Shown here: positions 1 to 10,421 of the stretch, in pieces | Numbering within the stretch: the first letter of the stretch is position 1 | Layout of the letters: every line of letters begins with the position of its first letter | DNA from: Candidatus Dormiibacterota bacterium | GTDB lineage: Bacteria; Chloroflexota; Dormibacteria; Aeolococcales; Aeolococcaceae | Reading direction: 5' to 3' | Assembly: GCA_963697085.1 (NCBI GenBank) | Contig: CAVOMR010000002.1 | Span: forward strand, 145,913-209,912 | Length of the DNA stretch: 64,000 bases | The notes under the pieces: model-generated | What the model was told of the DNA's origin: nothing | The model's input: the letters and a program-made list of their open reading frames with translations, nothing else | The model's database searches: none | Position numbers and translations under genes: made by a program

Positions 1-3000
1 CGCTCTTTCCGCGCTGCACCAGCCACTCAGCAACCTCGAGGCGCGTCACCGCAAGCCAGAACGGCAGCTGGCGCTGCTGGAACGTGTCGATCGCCGCTTG
101 AGCGATGCGTATCGCTTCGTCATGCCGATCATCGAGCGCGGCGAGGCGCGCCCGGAAGCGATGGATGAATGCATGCGTGATCGGCGCGACCACCGGCGTC
201 ACACGTGCAGCGATGACGTCGAGCTGGTGACGGACGGACTCGAGGTCGTCCAGCGCGAATGCGAGTTCCACGCTTTCGTTGAGCACCCAGCGGCTGGATC
301 CGAGGTAGTCCATCGACTCGGTGGTCCGCGCATCCACATCGCCCAGGGCGGTCACGGCATCAGCACTGCGACCCTGCGCGCGCAGGACTCCCGCACTGAC
401 CGCGTCGTACGTCAGGCGCGTCTCCGGCCCGGAGCGTTCGCGCAGAAACGCAAGGCGATCGAGGAGCATTTGCGCCTCATTGACCTGACCCCGCCAGAGG
501 TGCACCCACCCGGCCAGGGGGAGTTCGATGAGGACGTCGGAATCGGCCACCCCCCGCTCATCGGTGCCAAGCATCTCGCCGACGACGGCCATGGCGGTGT
601 CCCACCTGCCCAGGTCGATGTGGATTGGCATCTCGCCAACCATGAACGACAGCTGAGACCGGCGTCTCCCCATCAGCCGCGCAAGCGCCGTCCCCGCCTG
701 CACGTATGTCGCGGCTCGCGCAGGATCCTGTCCCTGGAGGTCGGCGGCAACGTTGTTGTACGCCCGCAGCGCAGCCTCGTGCAGGTCTGCGGCCAGCGCA
801 TGGTCAAGCGCGGCGAGGATCAGCGCGCGGCCTTCCTCGCGGCGACCGCGACCGCCCATGATGAGGCCCTTCGTGTTGATCGCCTCGCAGAAGACCTGTG
901 ACTCGCCGATGCGCTCTGCGATGTCAAGCGCAAGCTCGAGTCGCTCCATCGCGATGTCGGACTCACGATGGGCGAGATAGAGCCTGCGACCGGCCTCAGC
1001 GGCGACGCGCGCGAGATCGGACTCATAGTCCGGCTGATCCGGCGGCGACTCGCGGAGCGCCGCAAATGCGCTCGCCATGCGATCGGCTGCTGCGGCGGCC
1101 TTCATCTCATGGGCATCGATCGCGGCCAGCGTCACCCCCACACGCGCCGCCTTGCCCACGCGCCCGGCAGCCGTGTGCATGGCGACTGCCTCCTCGAGAT
1201 GCTGCCGCGCCACATCGACGTTCAGCTGCAGCCAGGCCATCTCGCCGGCGCGCACCAGCAGCGCGGCACGGTCTGCAGGAGCGGCGAGTGTCAGCGCACT
1301 TTCAAAGTAGTGCTGCGCCGACTCGCCGGCGCCGAGTGATGCGGAGTGGTCCCCCGCGCGAACCAACGCGTCTCGCGCCCGATCGCGCAGCCCGGAAGCG
1401 TCCGCCGCATCGGTGTCCGCTTCGTACGCTTCGACAAGGTGTGAGGCAACGACCTCGGCAACCTCCTCCTCGTCACTCCAGGAACTTTCGAGATATGCGG
1501 CTGCCGCGAGATGACGCGCCTTTCGGTCGCGCCGCGCAAGCGTCCCGTACGCGACGCTCCGTACGAGGTCCTGCACGAAGACGTACTGGCCACGCTCCGG
1601 CGATCGTGGGTCCGACTGGATCGACAGCAGGTCCTTGTTGACGAGGCTTGCGAGGCTGGGCTCGACCGCGTCCGACGGGAGCGTGGTGATCGCTCGAAGC
1701 CCGGCCGCAGTGAACGACTTGCCGAGCACCGCGGCGTCCTGCAGCAGTTGCCGCTCCGCACTCCCGATGCTGTCGAGCCGCGCAGCGATGAGCGCATGCA
1801 GGGTCTCCGGGACCTCGAGGGATTCGAGCGAGCGCTCGACGTGGTACGCACCGTTCCGCTCGACGAGCAGCCCTCGATCGAGCAGCATCCGAACCGTCTC
1901 GACCGCATACAGCGGCACGCCGGCCGCGCGCTCGAGGATCCGGGCACTCAGCTCGTCCGGAAGCCCCGGCGCCATCCCCGCGAGCAGCTGGGTCATGGCA
2001 TCCGGCGACAGCGGATCGAGATACAGGGCGGCGAGGCCACGCTTTCCGGTGCCCCAGCCGGCGCGGCGTTCCGCGAGCTCAGGACGAGCAAGCGTGACCA
2101 CGAGGATGGGGGAATTGCGTGACCACTCGAGCAGGTACTCAATGAAATCGAGCAGCCCCGCGTCCGCCCATTGCAGATCCTCGAAGACAAGCACGGTCAG
2201 CTGCTGTGCCGCCAGCCGCTCGAAGAAGAAGCGCCAGGCCGCGTAGAGATCGCGCGGATCCGCTGCGGCCCGCTCCTCGAGTCCGACAAGGTGCGCCAGC
2301 CGCGGTTCCACCCAGCGACGCTCCTCGCCCAACTCGACGAACTCCTCGACGGTCTTGCGCAATTTCTCACGCGCGGTCTCCGGCGACTCGTTCTCGACGA
2401 TGCCGCAGCGCATGCGCACCATCTCGTTGAGGGCCCAGTACGCGACACCTTCGCCGTACGCGAGACAGCGTCCGCGGTGCCACCAGATCGTCTCCGTCAC
2501 GCCGTCGACGTATTTGAAGAACTCCCACGCGAGCCTCGACTTGCCGATCCCGGCGAGCCCGACGATGGACAGGAGCCGCGCGGTGCGCTCCTCCCCCGTC
2601 GCATGGAGCGATTCCTTCAGCAGTCGAAGCTCGCGGTCGCGGCCGACAAACGGTGGCTCGAGGCCGGTCGGTCGCAGCGCACCTCCGGCGGCGGCAACGA
2701 CATGCCGGGCACGCCACAGACGCTCCGGCTGGGGCTTGCCCTTCAGCTCGTGGATCCCGGCGTCGTCGTAGACGATCGCCGCCTCGGTCGCCTGGCGGGT
2801 CGCGTCGCCGACGTAAACGGTTCCCGGTTCCGCCACCGACTGGACCCGAGACGCGGTGTTCACGAGGTCGCCGGCGACCATCCCCTCGCCGGTGATGCCG
2901 AGGTTGACGGCCACCTCGCCGGTGAGCAGGCCGGCACGCGCGCGCAACCCGGGAGCACCCACCTCCTCGGCGAACGCGGCAACGGCATCGACAAGCTCGA

Positions 3001-3448
3001 GCGCGGCGCGCACCGCGCGCTCCGCATCATTCTCGAGCACGGCCGGCACGCCCCACACCGCCATGACGGCATCGCCGATGAACTTCTCGACCGTGCCGCC
3101 GTAGCGGGCGATGATCGTCCGCGCTGTGTCGAAGTAGCGGCTCAGGAGGTCGCGCACGTCCTCCGCATCGCGCTGCTGCGACAGCGGCGTGAAACCAACC
3201 AGGTCGGCGAAGAGCACGGTGACGTGCCGGCGCTCGGCGCTGCGCGCGACATCGATCTGGGTCGGTGCGATCGCAGGACGCGCAGCGGCGGCTCCGGCGG
3301 AGAGCGCCGAGCCGCACTCACCGCAGAACCGCTCGCCCTCGTTGTACGCAGCGCCGCACGATGGACACGCCCTGGTCAAGCTCGTCCCGCACTGGACGCA
3401 GAACCGGATCCCCGCGCGGTTCTCTGTAGCGCAGCTCGGACACCTCAT
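1..3448 (-). CDS. Double zinc-ribbon / class III adenylate-guanylate cyclase / STAND AAA ATPase / TPR protein (3' end runs off window)
   Basis: Not in ORF track (no stop in window). ATG at 3448 overlaps the upstream stop (ATGA). Reads MRCPSCATENRAGIRFCVQCG, then FADLVGFT, EKFIGDAVMAVWG, GDLVNTASRVQ and Walker A GLAGIGKSRL. Clear paralog of 3445-7047. Confidence 0.9.
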   Translation of the reverse strand, partial: MRCPSCATENRAGIRFCVQCGTSLTRACPSCGAAYNEGERFCGECGSALSAGAAAARPAIAPTQIDVARSAERRHVTVLFADLVGFTPLSQQRDAEDVRDLLSRYFDTARTIIARYGGTVEKFIGDAVMAVWGVPAVLENDAERAVRAALELVDAVAAFAEEVGAPGLRARAGLLTGEVAVNLGITGEGMVAGDLVNTASRVQSVAEPGTVYVGDATRQATEAAIVYDDAGIHELKGKPQPERLWRARHVVAAAGGALRPTGLEPPFVGRDRELRLLKESLHATGEERTARLLSIVGLAGIGKSRLAWEFFKYVDGVTETIWWHRGRCLAYGEGVAYWALNEMVRMRCGIVENESPETAREKLRKTVEEFVELGEERRWVEPRLAHLVGLEERAAADPRDLYAAWRFFFERLAAQQLTVLVFEDLQWADAGLLDFIEYLLEWSRNSPILVVTLARPELAERRAGWGTGKRGLAALYLDPLSPDAMTQLLAGMAPGLPDELSARILERAAGVPLYAVETVRMLLDRGLLVERNGAYHVERSLESLEVPETLHALIAARLDSIGSAERQLLQDAAVLGKSFTAAGLRAITTLPSDAVEPSLASLVNKDLLSIQSDPRSPERGQYVFVQDLVRSVAYGTLARRDRKARHLAAAAYLESSWSDEEEVAEVVASHLVEAYEADTDAADASGLRDRARDALVRAGDHSASLGAGESAQHYFESALTLAAPADRAALLVRAGEMAWLQLNVDVARQHLEEAVAMHTAAGRVGKAARVGVTLAAIDAHEMKAAAAADRMASAFAALRESPPDQPDYESDLARVAAEAGRRLYLAHRESDIAMERLELALDIAERIGESQVFCEAINTKGLIMGGRGRREEGRALILAALDHALAADLHEAALRAYNNVAADLQGQDPARAATYVQAGTALARLMGRRRSQLSFMVGEMPIHIDLGRWDTAMAVVGEMLGTDERGVADSDVLIELPLAGWVHLWRGQVNEAQMLLDRLAFLRERSGPETRLTYDAVSAGVLRAQGRSADAVTALGDVDARTTESMDYLGSSRWVLNESVELAFALDDLESVRHQLDVIAARVTPVVAPITHAFIHRFRARLAALDDRHDEAIRIAQAAIDTFQQRQLPFWLAVTRLEVAEWLVQRGKS

Positions 3449-6400
3449 GCTGTCGACTGTGCCTCGGCGACTGCTCCAATCGGGGTTCGCGCCGCCGCGT
3501 CGACGCGATCGATCCATCGCCTCGCCGCCAGCCGCATGAACGCGGAGCGTGCCGGCAGGAGCAGCTCCGCGGCTTCGGCATCACGGTGCTGGTGTATCAG
3601 CCATTCGGCGAACTCGAGTTGCGTGACCGCCACCCAGAAGGGCCGAGCCAGTGCCGTGAACGCCTCCAGTGCGAGCGTGAACTCGTCGGCCACGTCGTCA
3701 CCGCCACGATGTGCGGCCAGGGCGGCCCGCCAGCGATGGATATGCGCATCGATGGTGCGCTGCCGTCCCGGCCGGTAGTGCAGCCGGACGAGGTCGATGA
3801 GCTCCTTCACCTTGTCGTCTCGCCCCAGCGCGAAGGCTGCGCTCACCGCCTCGACGAGATTGAGGCAGGCAACCACCGGATACGACTGCTGCAGGCAGGA
3901 GTGCAATCCTGCCTCCGCGGTCGCCAGGGCATCGGCCCACCGTCCCTCTGCCACGGCGACCGCCGCGCGCGCCGCCTCGAAGATCCCGCGCATTTCGACT
4001 GTGGCGCCCTCCAGACCTGCCGCACTCGCTGCGATCCTGGCGCGGGCGGCGTCCAGCTCACCGCGCGGAATCTGGACCCAGACGACGCTGACCGCAAAGT
4101 GGGTCAGCGACTTCGCAGCCATGAGCTCCAGGCCCTCATTCTCGAGATAGTCCACGGACATCGCTATGTATTCGTCCCATCGACCCATCTCGATCAGCGC
4201 GTTGGCGCGGACCAGCCGCGACGACATGGCTGCGACTCGGTCGCCCTGCCTTCGAGCGAGGACTTCCGACAGTTCGTAGTGCACCAGGCTGTCCTCAAGC
4301 CGGTCCGCCTCTTCGAGCGTTGCGGCGAGATTCCCCTCGAGTGAGCGGAGTCGATCGACGCTCAGGTTTCGTTCATTCGCGAAGCGGAGTGCCCCCTCGT
4401 AAATAAGCTGTGCTTCATCGCGCCTCCCCATGGCGGCCAGGGCGCATGCTCGGGTGTCGAGTGCCGTGATGAACGCCTCGGGTGCGTCGATCATCTCGGC
4501 GATCTGCAGCGCGCGCTCGGAGCATTCCAGTGCTCCCTCGAGATCACCTGACGAATACAGCGAGAGACCGAGTTGCGCACTGATCGCAGCCAGTTCGGAC
4601 TCTCGGCCCTCGTCGCCGTGATCGGGGTTCGACAGCATGGCGACGGCCTCTCGCAACCGCTGGATTGCGGCATCGCGCTTTCCCTCGAGGATGTCCACAC
4701 GGGCGAGGCGCGAGAGGTATCGGGCCACAGCGCTGATCTGGCCCAATCCCTGGTAGAGCGCGCAGGCGCTGTCGAAGTGCTGTCTCGCCACCGACGCCTG
4801 CGCCCGCCGTTGGGCTGCGAGGCCGGCTCTGGCGTGAAGGTCCGCCTGGGACTGCTCATCGCCGCCCAGGGTCAATGCCCGCTCGAAGTACCCCTGCGCC
4901 AACTCGGCCGCTGCGAGCGCTTCAGCATGGTCGCCGGCACGCACCAGCGCAGTACGCGCTCGATCGCGGATTGCACTGGCGTCCTCTGCGTCCGGATCTG
5001 CCGCCAGCGCTTCGACGAGGTGTGACGCGACAACCTCGGCGACCTCTTCCTCTTCAGACCATTCACTTTCGAGATACGTTGCGGCGGCGACATGGCGCAA
5101 CTTGCGATCACGCCTCGCGAGGGTTCCATACGCGACGCTGCGGACGAGGTCCTGGACGAAGACGTACTGACCGCGTTCCGGTGACCGCGGGTCGGACTGG
5201 ACCGCTAACAGGTCCTTGCTCACGAGCCTGCTCAGCGTTCGCCCGACTTCGGCAGGTTCGAGACCGGAAACCGCGGTGATCGCGTGCGATGTGAATGACT
5301 TGCCGAGGACTGCCGCGTCCTGCAGCAGCTGCCGTTCGGTTGGGTCCAGACTGTCGAGCCTCGCGGCGATGAGTGCATGTAGGCTCTCCGGAACCTCGAG
5401 CGCATCGAGCGACCCCTTGGCACGGAACGTTCCCGCCTCCTCGACGACGAGTCCGCGGTCGAGCAGCATGCGCACCGTTTCGACCGCGTACAGCGGAATG
5501 CCGGCAGCGCGGTCCCGGATGCGCGCGCTCAGGTCATCGGGGAGGCCCGGGAGGATCCCTTCCAGGAGTTGGTGCATCGCGTCGGGCGTGAGGGGATCGA
5601 GGTACAGCGACGAAAGCCCTCGCTTGCCCGTACCCCAGCCCGGGCGGCGGTCGTTCATCTCCGGTCGCGCGAGAGTGATGAGGAGAATCGGCGAGGAGCG
5701 CGACCACTCCAAAAGGTATTCGATGAAGTCCAGCAAACCGCTGTCCGCCCACTGCAGATCCTCGAAGACGAGCACCGTCAGATGCTTCGCGGCCAGACGC
5801 TCGAAGAAAACACGCCAGGCTGCATAGAGATCTCGGGGATCGCTCGCCACTCCCTCCTCAAGGCCGACCAAGTGCGCGAGACGTGGCTCTACCCACCGAC
5901 GCTCCTCGGGGTCCGGGACGAACTCCTCGACTGACGCGCGCAACTTGGCACGTGCCGACTCCGGGGGCTCGTTCTCGATGATGCCGGCCCGCATGCGGAC
6001 CATTTCGTTGAGCGCCCAGTACGCAACGCCCTCTCCGTATGCGAGGCAGCGACCGCGGTGCCACCAGATGGTCTCTGTCAGGCCGTCGACATATTTGAAG
6101 AACTCCCACGCCAGGCGGGACTTCCCGACGCCTGCCACCCCGGTGATGGACATCAGGCGGGCGGTCGACTCCTCGGCGGTGCCGTGCAGCAACTCCTTGA
6201 GCAGTCGCAGTTCGCGGTCGCGACCGACGAACGGCGGCTCGAGACCGGTGGGGCGCAACGCGCCACCAAAGGCGGCGACGACCCGCGCCGCACGCCAGAG
6301 GTGGACCGGCTCCGGTTTGCCCTTCAGCTGATGCGCACCGGCGTTCTCGTAGACGATCGCCGCCTCGCTCGCTTCGCGCGTGCCGTCACCGACGTACACG

Positions 6401-7047
6401 GTTCCGGGTTCCGCGACCGACTGCACCCTCGATGCCGTGTTGACAAGGTCGCCCGCGACGCTGCCCTCGCCGTTGTCGCCAAAGCTGACCGCAGCCTCGC
6501 CGGTGAGCACACCCGCGCGCGCCCGCAGTCCGGGAGCGCCGACCTGATCGCCGAAGACGGCCACCGCGTCGACGAGCTCCAGGGCTGCCCGCACCGCGCG
6601 TTCCGCGTCGTTCTCCTGCACCGATTCGACGCCCCAGACGGCCATCACGGCGTCACCGATGAACTTCTCCACCGTCCCGCCATAGCGCCCGATGATGGTG
6701 CGGGCGGTCGTGAAATAGCCGCTCAGGAGTTCGCGGACGTCCTCCGCATCGCGCTGGTCAGAGAGCGGCGTGAAGCCGACCAGGTCCGCAAAGAGCACGC
6801 TCACATGTCGACGCTCCGCCGCCGGCCGGGTGCTGACGGCGGCCTGCGCTGGGCGGTACGCGCTGAGGTTCACCGGCTCGGGCACGGCCGGCGCGAGCCC
6901 GAGCGAGGCACCGCAGGCGCCGCAGAAGCGCTCGCCCTCTTCGTTTGGCGCGCCGCACGACGGGCACAGCCGGTCGAGGGATGCGCCACATTGGCCACAG
7001 AAACGCCGGCCGGGCCGGTTTGCGGCACCGCAGGCGGTGCAAGTCAT
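3445..7047 (-). CDS. Double zinc-ribbon / class III adenylate-guanylate cyclase / STAND AAA ATPase / TPR protein
   Basis: CxxC x4 at N-terminus, FADLVGFT, EKFIGDAVMA, GDLVNTASR, GVAGVGKS (Walker A), VFEDLQWAD (Walker B), helical repeats. Start set at ATG 7047, 7 nt after a TAATCT -10-like box. Confidence 0.93.
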   Translation of the reverse strand: MTCTACGAANRPGRRFCGQCGASLDRLCPSCGAPNEEGERFCGACGASLGLAPAVPEPVNLSAYRPAQAAVSTRPAAERRHVSVLFADLVGFTPLSDQRDAEDVRELLSGYFTTARTIIGRYGGTVEKFIGDAVMAVWGVESVQENDAERAVRAALELVDAVAVFGDQVGAPGLRARAGVLTGEAAVSFGDNGEGSVAGDLVNTASRVQSVAEPGTVYVGDGTREASEAAIVYENAGAHQLKGKPEPVHLWRAARVVAAFGGALRPTGLEPPFVGRDRELRLLKELLHGTAEESTARLMSITGVAGVGKSRLAWEFFKYVDGLTETIWWHRGRCLAYGEGVAYWALNEMVRMRAGIIENEPPESARAKLRASVEEFVPDPEERRWVEPRLAHLVGLEEGVASDPRDLYAAWRVFFERLAAKHLTVLVFEDLQWADSGLLDFIEYLLEWSRSSPILLITLARPEMNDRRPGWGTGKRGLSSLYLDPLTPDAMHQLLEGILPGLPDDLSARIRDRAAGIPLYAVETVRMLLDRGLVVEEAGTFRAKGSLDALEVPESLHALIAARLDSLDPTERQLLQDAAVLGKSFTSHAITAVSGLEPAEVGRTLSRLVSKDLLAVQSDPRSPERGQYVFVQDLVRSVAYGTLARRDRKLRHVAAATYLESEWSEEEEVAEVVASHLVEALAADPDAEDASAIRDRARTALVRAGDHAEALAAAELAQGYFERALTLGGDEQSQADLHARAGLAAQRRAQASVARQHFDSACALYQGLGQISAVARYLSRLARVDILEGKRDAAIQRLREAVAMLSNPDHGDEGRESELAAISAQLGLSLYSSGDLEGALECSERALQIAEMIDAPEAFITALDTRACALAAMGRRDEAQLIYEGALRFANERNLSVDRLRSLEGNLAATLEEADRLEDSLVHYELSEVLARRQGDRVAAMSSRLVRANALIEMGRWDEYIAMSVDYLENEGLELMAAKSLTHFAVSVVWVQIPRGELDAARARIAASAAGLEGATVEMRGIFEAARAAVAVAEGRWADALATAEAGLHSCLQQSYPVVACLNLVEAVSAAFALGRDDKVKELIDLVRLHYRPGRQRTIDAHIHRWRAALAAHRGGDDVADEFTLALEAFTALARPFWVAVTQLEFAEWLIHQHRDAEAAELLLPARSAFMRLAARRWIDRVDAAARTPIGAVAEAQSTA

Positions 7048-7153
7048 CTCCGGAAGATTACTCGTCGCCGAATGGGGTTGATCCAATCGGGGTGCAATCA
7101 GCGACTGCGCCCGACGACGTCGCCGCCGAAGGTGGGGGGACGATCATGGGGAG

Positions 7154-8191
7154 ATGGGCGACCGTTCTCGGTACTCATGGCGCGCAGGGGTCGCATTGGC
7201 CATCGCGGTCGCCGGAATGGGCGTCGCCGGCTTTCTGATCTCGCGCTCATCCCGCCCAACGCACCCTGTGCCACCGGGGTCCACGACGCCACCGGTGACG
7301 CAGAACCCGTCGCTGTTCGGGCCGCAATCCACAGGCGGATTCACCGTCGCGAACGATGCCGCCTCACACCAGGTGGTCGTCTTTGGCGGCATCCAGGATG
7401 ACCAGGCGACCTGGCTCTGGAACGGCACGCGCTGGGACCTGGCGGCGCCGGCGGCGAGCCCTCCCGGACGCATCGACGCCGCGATGGCGTACGACCCAAC
7501 CCTGCACCTCGTGCTGCTCTTCGGAGGACATGGACCCCCCGGGACCGATCTCCACGACACGTGGGCGTGGGGAGGCACAACCTGGCGTGAGCTGGACAGC
7601 GGGGCTGGCGAATCGCCGCCTGCCGATGGCGACATGGCATGGGACGCGGCCCGGGGCGACATGGTGCTCGTCGCTGCCGGCTCGGCGGACACGACGAGCA
7701 CGACCTGGGTGTGGTCCCAGACGCACTGGACTCGGGTGGCGAGCGGCCTGCCCACCACGCCGGCCGCGGTGTCGGTGGGATTCGACCCGGCGACGCAGCG
7801 CCTGGTCGCAGTCGGGTTGGCGCACGTGCCGGATCCGCCGCTCGGGCAACCAACCCGGACGTGGAGCTGGAACGGGTCGGCCTGGCAGCAAATCTCCCTA
7901 ACGGGGGCACCCATCGCCGTCGACGTGCTCGCCGTGAGCTGGGACCCGGTGACCGGTGAGTTCCTGCTCTTTGCCGATCAGCCGTCGAGCACGAAGCCCG
8001 CAAGCGCCTGGAGCTGGACCGCTGCGGGATGGGTTGCATCCGCCACGGTGGCGCAACCAGTCCTCGACGGCGCCGTGGTGACCACGGCCACGGCGCTGCT
8101 CCTGGTGGGTGCACTCGACTCGACGGGGCTCGGCCCCGTGACGCGCGTCCAGGTCTTCTCCTGGAGCCCTGAGGGCTGGAGCGCGGCGTGA
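7154..8191 (+). CDS. Membrane-anchored/secreted kelch-like beta-propeller protein
   Basis: N-terminal TM, Pro/Thr linker, repeated 'AMAYD...LLFGG...DTWxWxGxxW' units. Confidence 0.75.
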   Translation: MGDRSRYSWRAGVALAIAVAGMGVAGFLISRSSRPTHPVPPGSTTPPVTQNPSLFGPQSTGGFTVANDAASHQVVVFGGIQDDQATWLWNGTRWDLAAPAASPPGRIDAAMAYDPTLHLVLLFGGHGPPGTDLHDTWAWGGTTWRELDSGAGESPPADGDMAWDAARGDMVLVAAGSADTTSTTWVWSQTHWTRVASGLPTTPAAVSVGFDPATQRLVAVGLAHVPDPPLGQPTRTWSWNGSAWQQISLTGAPIAVDVLAVSWDPVTGEFLLFADQPSSTKPASAWSWTAAGWVASATVAQPVLDGAVVTTATALLLVGALDSTGLGPVTRVQVFSWSPEGWSAA

Positions 8192-8625
8192 CGCTCAAGC
8201 CGCTGTCCGAATATCACGCGGAACCCTACCGCCCACGCTGGGTGGCCGTCGCCGGCCTCCTTGCGGTCGCCGCGGTGTACGTCGCGTCGATGCCGCTCCT
8301 CTGGGTTGGCGTGGTCACGGCAACCGGGGGCTATCAGCGTGTCCCCGGGATTGAGCGGGCCAACTGGATGATCCTCGCCGCAGCCGTTGTCCTTGCCGTC
8401 GCCGTGCGGCTGATGCGAAGCCCGCCGAGCGGCTACGTGCGATTTCTCCTGCTGCTGCTCGATTTCTTCATCCCTCTCGGCATGTACATCGAATACATCG
8501 ACAACCTCGGTCGAGCATCCGCGGATGGCCTGTCGCCGTACCTGGGACCGGGATACTTCCTCGCACTCGGTGCGACCGCAGCGCTCATCGTCGTGAGCGT
8601 TCTCGCCTGGCGCGACACCTCCTAA
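8188..8625 (+). CDS. Hypothetical 4-TM membrane protein
   Basis: GTGA overlap with previous gene; four hydrophobic segments. Confidence 0.7.
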   Translation: MTLKPLSEYHAEPYRPRWVAVAGLLAVAAVYVASMPLLWVGVVTATGGYQRVPGIERANWMILAAAVVLAVAVRLMRSPPSGYVRFLLLLLDFFIPLGMYIEYIDNLGRASADGLSPYLGPGYFLALGATAALIVVSVLAWRDTS

Positions 8626-8688
8626 CAACGGGCCCTGGCGTCGGGGACGAGAACCATTCCGGCGCAGGGCCCGTTTGCCAAGTGACAG

Positions 8689-9954
8689 ATGTTGCGACGA
8701 TCGATTCGTCTCCGGCCGCGCTCAGGCCACCTCCCGCGCCGGTTGTTCGCAATCGCGGCGCTCTCGGGAGCCGCGATCGTCGCATGTGCCACGACTCCCT
8801 CTCCGCGTACACCGGCACCGTCGGTATCACCGTCGTCGGAACCGACATTCCCGCCGCTGCCGTCGTTGCCCGCCCCTTCGGCGCCAGCGAGTCCGACGCC
8901 GGTTCCGGTCGGCAGCCTGCCGATCGGGCCGGTGCCGAAGGGCTTCGTGCCGGCCTCGGTCACGTTCGTGTCGCTCGACACCGGATTTGTCCTCGGCTCT
9001 GCGCCGTGCGGAAGCGCCACATGCGTCGTGGTGCTCAAGACCCTCGACGCCGGTCGCCGGTGGGTAAGCATCAACCCGCCACCAACTCCCTTCATGAGCA
9101 ACGCGGTCGACGACTACTCGGCAGTGAGCGAGATCCGGTTCGCCGACACCTTGAACGGGTGGGCATTCGAACCCGGCCTCTGGGCGACGCACGACGGCGG
9201 TGCGCACTGGCACCAGGTATTCCTTCCCTCGAAACCCGCGGCCGGGATCATCGATGACATCGAGGCCGCGCGCGGGATCGTGCACGCGTCGGTGCTGGGA
9301 TACGGCAACGGCCTCACGAACATCGAGACGAGTCCGACCAGCACCAACTCCTGGCGTGCCACCTCTATCGCGGTGACGGCCGGCGCGGGGCCCGAGCCTT
9401 TCGGTGCTCTGGTGCTCAGCGGCGACGACGGCTGGATGGTCCAGGTGGACCGCACCGTCATCGGCGGCGCTCGTTTCGAGAATGACCGGTGGTCGACGTG
9501 GCAACCCCCCTGCGAAACCGGCGGTGGAGGCCTGTACCTGGCTGCCGCCACCGCCACCAGCGTTGCGGCGGTGTGCACCGACGGACAGTGGACCAACTTT
9601 CCACAGCGTGTGGTCGTCGCCTTCTCGTCCAACGCGGGGACGACGTTCGACAACGCACGGACGCAGCCGGACATCGTGGATGCGTATGGCGCATCGAGCC
9701 CGATGCCCGGCGAGGTCGTGATCGCGACTCAGGGTGCGAACGCCAACGTGGTTTTGATCGCAACGTACAACGGCGGCGCCACGTGGGAGAAGGTCTTCGG
9801 AACCATCTCCTACAACTTCGAGTTGGATCTGGGGTTCACGAGCCCGTCGCAGGGGGTCGCCGTGCTCAGCACGGGCGCAGGCGCCGCCGGCGAGTTGCTC
9901 ATGACCTTCGACGGTGGGCACTCCTGGGCGCCGGTGGCATTTCAGCAGGCGTAG
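8689..9954 (+). CDS. Lipoprotein with BNR/Asp-box beta-propeller repeats
   Basis: Lipobox-like IVAC, Pro/Ser linker, repeated TxDxGxxW Asp-boxes (TLDAGRRW, THDGGAHW, TYNGGATW, TFDGGHSW). Confidence 0.8.
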   Translation: MLRRSIRLRPRSGHLPRRLFAIAALSGAAIVACATTPSPRTPAPSVSPSSEPTFPPLPSLPAPSAPASPTPVPVGSLPIGPVPKGFVPASVTFVSLDTGFVLGSAPCGSATCVVVLKTLDAGRRWVSINPPPTPFMSNAVDDYSAVSEIRFADTLNGWAFEPGLWATHDGGAHWHQVFLPSKPAAGIIDDIEAARGIVHASVLGYGNGLTNIETSPTSTNSWRATSIAVTAGAGPEPFGALVLSGDDGWMVQVDRTVIGGARFENDRWSTWQPPCETGGGGLYLAAATATSVAAVCTDGQWTNFPQRVVVAFSSNAGTTFDNARTQPDIVDAYGASSPMPGEVVIATQGANANVVLIATYNGGATWEKVFGTISYNFELDLGFTSPSQGVAVLSTGAGAAGELLMTFDGGHSWAPVAFQQA

Positions 9955-10004
9955 GGCATACCGTCTCCGGCGACACCCAGGAGTGCGCCACGAGGAGACC
10001 GGCC

Positions 10005-10421
10005 GTGACCCTCACGAAGATCAACCCGCCTGCCCTTCCCGTCCCGATGGGGTACACGCAGGTGGTCGCCACCACGGGGGCGCAGACGATCTATGTCGCC
10101 GGTCAGGTTGCAGTCGACGCGATCGGTAACGTGGTCGCGCCCGGCGATGTGATCGGCCAGGCGCGGCGGGCCTTCAGCAACGTGAAGGCAGCGGTCGAGG
10201 CGGCCGGAGGAAAGGTCGAGGACATCGCCAAGGTGACCTGGTATGTCGTGGGATACCGCCCCGAGTTGCTGCCCCACCTGGCGGCAGCTCGCCGGGACGT
10301 GTTCGGCGACCACGCGCCGGCAAGCACGCTCATCGGGGTCGCGGCACTTGCGACCCCCGACTACCTGGTCGAGGTCGAGGCGATCGCCGTGATCGACGGC
10401 AGCACGCGTAGCCACTGTTGA
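10005..10421 (+). CDS. RidA/YjgF family protein
   Basis: GTG after GAGGAG; GYTQVV, IYVAGQV, PASTLIGVAALA, LVEVEAIA motifs. Confidence 0.88.
   Translation: MTLTKINPPALPVPMGYTQVVATTGAQTIYVAGQVAVDAIGNVVAPGDVIGQARRAFSNVKAAVEAAGGKVEDIAKVTWYVVGYRPELLPHLAAARRDVFGDHAPASTLIGVAALATPDYLVEVEAIAVIDGSTRSHC

Noticed and set aside
1400-6800. Long near-duplicate DNA between about 1.4-3.2 kb and 5.0-6.8 kb
   Set aside because: Explained by paralogy of the two tandem cyclase-STAND genes, not a mobile repeat.
98-7401. Long + strand ORFs (e.g. 2171-3778, 6058-7401) opposite the cyclase genes
   Set aside because: Antisense shadows of high-GC coding sequence; no motifs and Arg/Pro-rich composition.
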